Assembly: GCA_900316295.1 (NCBI GenBank)
Contig: ONCJ01000005.1
Location: 8,962 to 72,961, forward strand
Direction of reading: 5' to 3'
DNA: 64,000 nucleotides
Source of the DNA: an uncultured Prevotella sp.
Lineage (GTDB): Bacteria; Bacteroidota; Bacteroidia; Bacteroidales; Bacteroidaceae
The notes under the pieces are model-generated. The model was given only the letters and a program-made list of their open reading frames with translations, did no database searches and had not been told where the DNA came from. Numbering within the stretch: position 1 is the first letter of the stretch; each line of letters starts with the position of its first letter. The translations under genes were made by a program, and so were the position numbers. Positions 59,217 to 64,000 of this stretch are shown piece by piece.

Positions 59217-61163
59217 ATGAGTTATCTACGATTCGAAAAGGCCACTATGACCAACCTGGAAGAATCGCTACCGAAAGAGTTGCTTCGCACCAACCGTTCG
59301 GGAGCGTATTCATGTTCCACGATTGTAGACTGTAACATCCGTAAGTATCACGGGCTCTTGGTTGTACCTGTGCCCGAGCTTGACGATGAGAACCATGTCC
59401 TCCTCTCGTCATTGGATTGTACGGTCATTCAGCATGGCGCTGAGTTCAATCTGGGACTACATAAGTACCAGGGTAACAATTTCAGTCCTAAGGGACACAA
59501 GTACATCCGTGAGTTCGACTGTGACAAGGTACCCACGACGCTCTATCGTGTCGGCGGTGTCGTTCTGAAGAAAGAGTTTCTCTTCCAGAACTATGAAGAT
59601 CGTCTGCTGATACGCTATACGCTCGTCGATGCCCATTCTGCTACTACTCTGCGCTTCCGTCCGTTCTTGGCGTTCCGCAGTGTGCGTCAGTTCACCCATG
59701 AGAACTCTACGGCTTCACGCGTCTATCATCAGGTAGATGGTGGTATCAAGACGTGTATGTATGCCGGCTACCCCGACCTGTATATGCAGTTCTCAAAGAA
59801 GAATGAGTTTATTTTCCAGCCCGACTGGTATCGTGGCGTGGAATATCCCAAGGAGCAGGAGCGTGGCTATGCCTCTAATGAGGACCTCTACGTACCTGGC
59901 TATTTTGAGATGACCATCAAGAAGGGCGAGAGCATCGTCTTCGCTGCTTCTACCAGTGAGATAAAGACCACACGTCTGAAGAAGCTCTTCGACGAGGAGG
60001 TTGCTCTGCGTGCTCCACGCGACAATTTCTTCCATTGTCTGGTCAATGCCGCTCACCAGTTCCATATCCGTACCAAGAACGACGAGCGATATCTGCTTGC
60101 TGGCTATCCTTGGTTCAAGTGTCGTGCCCGTGACACATTCATAGCTTTGCCGGGACTGACCCTTTCTATCGAGGAAGACGACTACTTCGAACTCGTTATG
60201 GCAAGTGCGGAGAAAGAGTACCGCAACTTCATGGCAGGCAAGCCACAGGGTCGTATCTATGAAATAGAAAAACCTGACGTGCCACTGTGGGCTATATGGT
60301 CTATCCAGCAGTATGCCAAAGAGGTGGGCAAGGATGCTTGCCTGAAGAAGTATGGTAAGTTTGTACAAGACCTTGTCGACTTCATCCTCGCCGACAAGCA
60401 CCCCAACCTCACTGTAGAGGAGAACGGACTGCTCCATACTGAGGGTAAGGACGTTGCCGTGACATGGATGAACTCCACAGCCAATGGCCATCCGGTTGTT
60501 CCACGTACTGGTTATATCGTTGAGTTCAACGCCCTGTGGTACAACGCCCTGAAGTTTGCTGCGTCGCTGGCTGAGGAGAAGAAGAACGAGAAACGTCAGC
60601 AACAGCTCGACACACTCGCCGAGCAGGTGAAGACCTCATTCGTCGAGACATTCCTTAACGAGTATGGCTACCTCTTCGACTATGTCGATGGCAATATGAT
60701 GGACTGGAGTGTTCGTCCCAATATGATCTTCGCTGTGGCACTCGACTATTCGCCACTCAACAAGGAGCAGAAGAAGTCAGTTCTTGACATCTGTACCCGT
60801 GAGTTGCTCACGCCAAAGGGACTCCGTTCACTCTCTCCAAAGAGTGGTGGCTACAATCCTATATATGTCGGTCCGCAGAACCAGCGCGACTACGCCTACC
60901 ATCAGGGTACAGCGTGGCCTTGGCTCGGTGGATTCTATATGGAGGCATGCCTCAAACTCTACAAGCGCACCCGTCTCAGCTTCATCGAGCGTCAGATGGT
61001 GGGCTATGAGGACGAGATGAGCTATCATGCCCTCGGCACTATCAGTGAGCTCTTCGACGGTAACCCACCGTTCCATGGTCGTGGTGCCACCTCGTTCGCC
61101 ATGAACGTCGGTGAGATACTACGTACCCTCGAGCTATTAGAGAAATATCAGTATCAATTTTAA
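59217..61163 (+). CDS. Glycogen debranching enzyme (amylo-alpha-1,6-glucosidase)
   Basis: RKYHGLL, AGYPWF, TWM, VRPN, GLRSLSP, AYHQGTAWPW. Confidence 0.92.
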   Translation: MSYLRFEKATMTNLEESLPKELLRTNRSGAYSCSTIVDCNIRKYHGLLVVPVPELDDENHVLLSSLDCTVIQHGAEFNLGLHKYQGNNFSPKGHKYIREFDCDKVPTTLYRVGGVVLKKEFLFQNYEDRLLIRYTLVDAHSATTLRFRPFLAFRSVRQFTHENSTASRVYHQVDGGIKTCMYAGYPDLYMQFSKKNEFIFQPDWYRGVEYPKEQERGYASNEDLYVPGYFEMTIKKGESIVFAASTSEIKTTRLKKLFDEEVALRAPRDNFFHCLVNAAHQFHIRTKNDERYLLAGYPWFKCRARDTFIALPGLTLSIEEDDYFELVMASAEKEYRNFMAGKPQGRIYEIEKPDVPLWAIWSIQQYAKEVGKDACLKKYGKFVQDLVDFILADKHPNLTVEENGLLHTEGKDVAVTWMNSTANGHPVVPRTGYIVEFNALWYNALKFAASLAEEKKNEKRQQQLDTLAEQVKTSFVETFLNEYGYLFDYVDGNMMDWSVRPNMIFAVALDYSPLNKEQKKSVLDICTRELLTPKGLRSLSPKSGGYNPIYVGPQNQRDYAYHQGTAWPWLGGFYMEACLKLYKRTRLSFIERQMVGYEDEMSYHALGTISELFDGNPPFHGRGATSFAMNVGEILRTLELLEKYQYQF

Positions 61164-61181
61164 TAAGAGGAGGAAGCTACT

Positions 61182-62450
61182 ATGAAAGTACTAATGTTCG
61201 GATGGGAGTATCCTCCCCACGTATTCGGAGGACTCGCAACAGCCAATTACGGTATCTCCGAGGGACTCAAGGCCCAGGGCGACATCGAGATAGCGCTCTG
61301 TCTGCCTCATCCTTTTGGCGACGAGGAGCAGCATGCTGCCCGCATCATCGCCATGAATGCAGTCCCTATAGCATGGAGAGATGTCAGCCGCGACTATGTT
61401 CAGGATCGGGTGGGCAACATCATGAATCCTGATTACTACTATCAGTTGCGCGACCATATCTATGCTGATTTCAATTATATGCATGTCAACGATCTCGGAT
61501 GTATGGAGTTTGCCGGAGGCTATCCCTCCAATCTTCATGAGGAGATCAACAACTATTCAGTCATTGCTGGCGTCGTAGCCCGCACCGAGCAGTTTGATAT
61601 CATCCATGCTCATGACTGGCTCACCTATCCTGCAGGTATCCATGCCAAGAATGTCAGTGGCAAACCGCTGTGCATTCACGTCCATGCTACCGACTTTGAC
61701 CGCTCTCGTGGCAAGGTGAACCCCACTGTCTATGGCATAGAGAAGGATGGTATGGACAATGCTGACTGCATCATGTGTGTGTCTGAACTCACACGTCAGA
61801 CTGTCATCAACCATTATCATCAGGACCCACGCAAGTGTTTCACCGTCCACAATGCAGTCTATCCGCTCAAGCAGGAGCTGCAAGACATTCCGCGTCCCGA
61901 CCATACGGGCAAGGAGAAGGTGGTCACCTTCCTCGGGCGTATCACCATGCAGAAAGGTCCCGAATACTTTGTCGAGGCAGCCAATATGGTGCTCCATCGC
62001 ACCCGTAACGTGCGTTTCTGTTTCGCAGGTAGTGGCGACATGATGGATCAGATGATCTATCTTGCTGCCGAGCGCGGCATAGCCGACCGCTTCCACTTCC
62101 CGGGCTTCATGCGCGGCAAACAGGTGTACGAATGTCTCAAAGACTCCGATGTCTATGTAATGCCGTCAGTGTCTGAGCCGTTCGGCATCTCACCTCTCGA
62201 GGCCATGCAGTGTGGTACCCCCACTATCATCTCCAAGCAGAGTGGATGTGCTGAGATTCTTACCAACTGCATCAAGGTAGACTATTGGGATATCCATGCT
62301 ATCGCCGATGCCATGTACTCCATCTGTCACAATGAGAGCCTCTTCAAGTATCTGCAAGAAGAAGGCAAGAAGGAGGTAGACCAGATCACATGGGTCAAGG
62401 TAGGAGCCTGGATCAGAGAACTCTACATGAGAACCATGGGATGGGTTTGA
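61182..62450 (+). CDS. GT4-family glycosyltransferase (glycogen synthesis locus)
   Basis: GWEYPP, HAHDW, GRITMQKG, PSVSEPFGISPLEA. Confidence 0.93.
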   Translation: MKVLMFGWEYPPHVFGGLATANYGISEGLKAQGDIEIALCLPHPFGDEEQHAARIIAMNAVPIAWRDVSRDYVQDRVGNIMNPDYYYQLRDHIYADFNYMHVNDLGCMEFAGGYPSNLHEEINNYSVIAGVVARTEQFDIIHAHDWLTYPAGIHAKNVSGKPLCIHVHATDFDRSRGKVNPTVYGIEKDGMDNADCIMCVSELTRQTVINHYHQDPRKCFTVHNAVYPLKQELQDIPRPDHTGKEKVVTFLGRITMQKGPEYFVEAANMVLHRTRNVRFCFAGSGDMMDQMIYLAAERGIADRFHFPGFMRGKQVYECLKDSDVYVMPSVSEPFGISPLEAMQCGTPTIISKQSGCAEILTNCIKVDYWDIHAIADAMYSICHNESLFKYLQEEGKKEVDQITWVKVGAWIRELYMRTMGWV

Positions 62451-62451
62451 A

Positions 62452-62605
62452 AGGCCTACCCCCTAACCCCTTCCAAAGGAAGGGGAGAGATAAAAGATAC
62501 GTAATATTATTTAGAAGTTTAACAATTAAAAAATGGAGACCCAGAACCCTTAGCAAGAGTAACCGGAAAAACTCCCCTCCTTTTGGGAGGGGCTGGGGGT
62601 GGGCT
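62452..62605. repeat. Inverted pair of REP-like palindromes (REPIN/BIME-like doublet)
   Basis: AGGCCTACCCCCTAACCCCTTCCAAAGGAAGGGGAG (62452-62487) and ACTCCCCTCCTTTTGGGAGGGGCTGGGGGTGGGCT (62571-62605), in opposite orientations. Confidence 0.75.
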
Positions 62606-62612
62606 TTAATTT

Positions 62613-63971
62613 ATGAAAACGATTTGCTTATATTTTGAGATACATCAGATTATTCATCTGAAGCGTTACCGTTTCTTCGACATCGGTACCGACCATTACT
62701 ATTATGATGACTACGAGAATGAGCGTAGCATCAGTGACATCGCCGAGCGTTCCTATATGCCTGCTCTTACCACCCTTGGTGAGATGATTCGTGAGAACGG
62801 CAAGTACTTCAAGGTTGCGTTCTCTCTCTCAGGTGTAGGTATGGAGCAGCTTGAGATGCACGCTCCACAGGTGCTCGAGAAACTGCAGGAGCTCAATGAG
62901 ACAGGTTGCGTAGAGTTCCTTGCTGAGCCTTATAGCCACGGTCTTTCATCACTCGTCAACGAGGAAGCCTTTGCCGCTGATGTGAAGAAGCAGTGTCAGA
63001 AGATTAAGGAATACTTCGGACAAGAGCCAAAAGTATTGCGCAACTCCTCTCTTATCTACTCTGATGACATCGGTCTGCAGGCAGCCCAGATGGGTTTCAA
63101 GGGTATGCTCACCGAGGGAGCCAAGCATGTGCTTGGTTGGAAGTCGCCACATTATATATATAACTGTGCCCTTGCGCCTAACCTCAAGCTCCTTCTCCGT
63201 GACGTCAAGCTCAGCGACGACATCTCTCTGCGATTCAACAACAGCGAGTGGGCGGGCTATCCACTCTTCGCCGATGCTTATGTCAATGAGATTGCATCCC
63301 ATCCAGAGGGGAGCCAGATCATCAATATCTTCATGGAGCTGTCGGCTCTTGGCATCGCCCAGCCACTCTCCAGCAACATCCTCGAGTTCCTGCGTGCCAT
63401 TCCGGCATGTGCAAAGGAGAAGGGCATCACCTTCTCAACACCTACTGAGATATGTATGAAGATGAAGAGCGTTGGTGCTCTTGACGTGCCCGACACCCTC
63501 TCTTGGGTCGACGAGGAGCGCGACGTCAGCTGCTGGCTCGGCAATCCTATGCAGCGTGAAGCCTTCAACAAGCTCTATAGCGTTGCTGACCGTGTGCGTA
63601 TTGCCAACGACAAGCGCATCAATCAGGACTGGGACTATCTGCAGGCTTCCAACAACTTCCGCTTCATGACCACCAAGCCCAGCAACGTGGGGCTCGATCG
63701 TGGCATCTACAGCAGTCCGTTCGATGCCTTCACCAACTACATGAATATCCTTGGCGACTTCATGAGCCGTGTCAACAGCCTCTATCCAGATGAGATTGAC
63801 AACGAAGAGCTCAATGCCTTGCTCACCACCATCAAGAATCAAGGTGACGAGATAGCGATGAAGGAAAAGGAGATTCTCCGTCTTCAGACTAAGTTGGAAA
63901 AGGTTGAGGCTTCTGTCGAGAAGAAAAAGGCTGCGGCGAAGAAACCTGCGACCAAAACAAAAAAATCATAA
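62613..63971 (+). CDS. GH57-family alpha-amylase/glucanotransferase-like protein
   Basis: YFEIHQ, SYMPA, VEFLAEPYSHGL, LSDDISLRF, SWVDEERD..WLGN.MQ. Confidence 0.9.
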   Translation: MKTICLYFEIHQIIHLKRYRFFDIGTDHYYYDDYENERSISDIAERSYMPALTTLGEMIRENGKYFKVAFSLSGVGMEQLEMHAPQVLEKLQELNETGCVEFLAEPYSHGLSSLVNEEAFAADVKKQCQKIKEYFGQEPKVLRNSSLIYSDDIGLQAAQMGFKGMLTEGAKHVLGWKSPHYIYNCALAPNLKLLLRDVKLSDDISLRFNNSEWAGYPLFADAYVNEIASHPEGSQIINIFMELSALGIAQPLSSNILEFLRAIPACAKEKGITFSTPTEICMKMKSVGALDVPDTLSWVDEERDVSCWLGNPMQREAFNKLYSVADRVRIANDKRINQDWDYLQASNNFRFMTTKPSNVGLDRGIYSSPFDAFTNYMNILGDFMSRVNSLYPDEIDNEELNALLTTIKNQGDEIAMKEKEILRLQTKLEKVEASVEKKKAAAKKPATKTKKS

Positions 63972-64000
63972 CTCAACTTTCGGAAGTTGAGAGGAGTTAT

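Overview
A 64-kb chromosomal segment of a Bacteroidota bacterium, most likely a Prevotella-type organism, inferred from gene content, TAnnTTTG -7 promoter boxes and a T9SS-type sorting tail. Most of it is housekeeping: GH51 arabinofuranosidase, galK/galactose permease/galM, folC, dnaJ-grpE, ABC-F, RluA, menA, uvrB, bamD-rpoZ, queH, guaA, cysK/metY/Lrp/SulP, mscL, gap, miaA, and a glycogen debranching/GT4/GH57 operon. Four things stand out. (1) A tight six-gene operon (7595-13755) joins an NMT1/THI5-like solute-binding lipoprotein, a Cache-HAMP-PP2C(SpoIIE)-HATPase membrane sensor and a STAS protein to a small alarmone synthetase, a cytidylate-kinase-like protein and a Mesh1-like alarmone hydrolase. 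This is the best candidate for an undescribed signalling system. (2) An integrase-less ~7.3-kb island is bounded by a perfect 35-bp duplication of the guaA 3' end. It carries an HTH-like/Ser-Thr kinase pair, a ~280-nt highly structured leader RNA candidate, and a secreted protein with an apparently circularly permuted vWA domain, FN3 repeats and an FGE-sulfatase domain. (3) A family of 72-83-bp CGAG-hairpin-CGAG elements shows covarying stems and short flanking duplications; two of the three loci overlap promoter boxes. (4) REP-like palindromes and 7/8/9-mer tandem repeats are widespread, and some are translated in frame inside grpE, miaA and an NTP transferase. I found no rRNA, tRNA, CRISPR array, transposase, integrase or reverse transcriptase. 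All product calls come from motif recognition by eye, not database searches.
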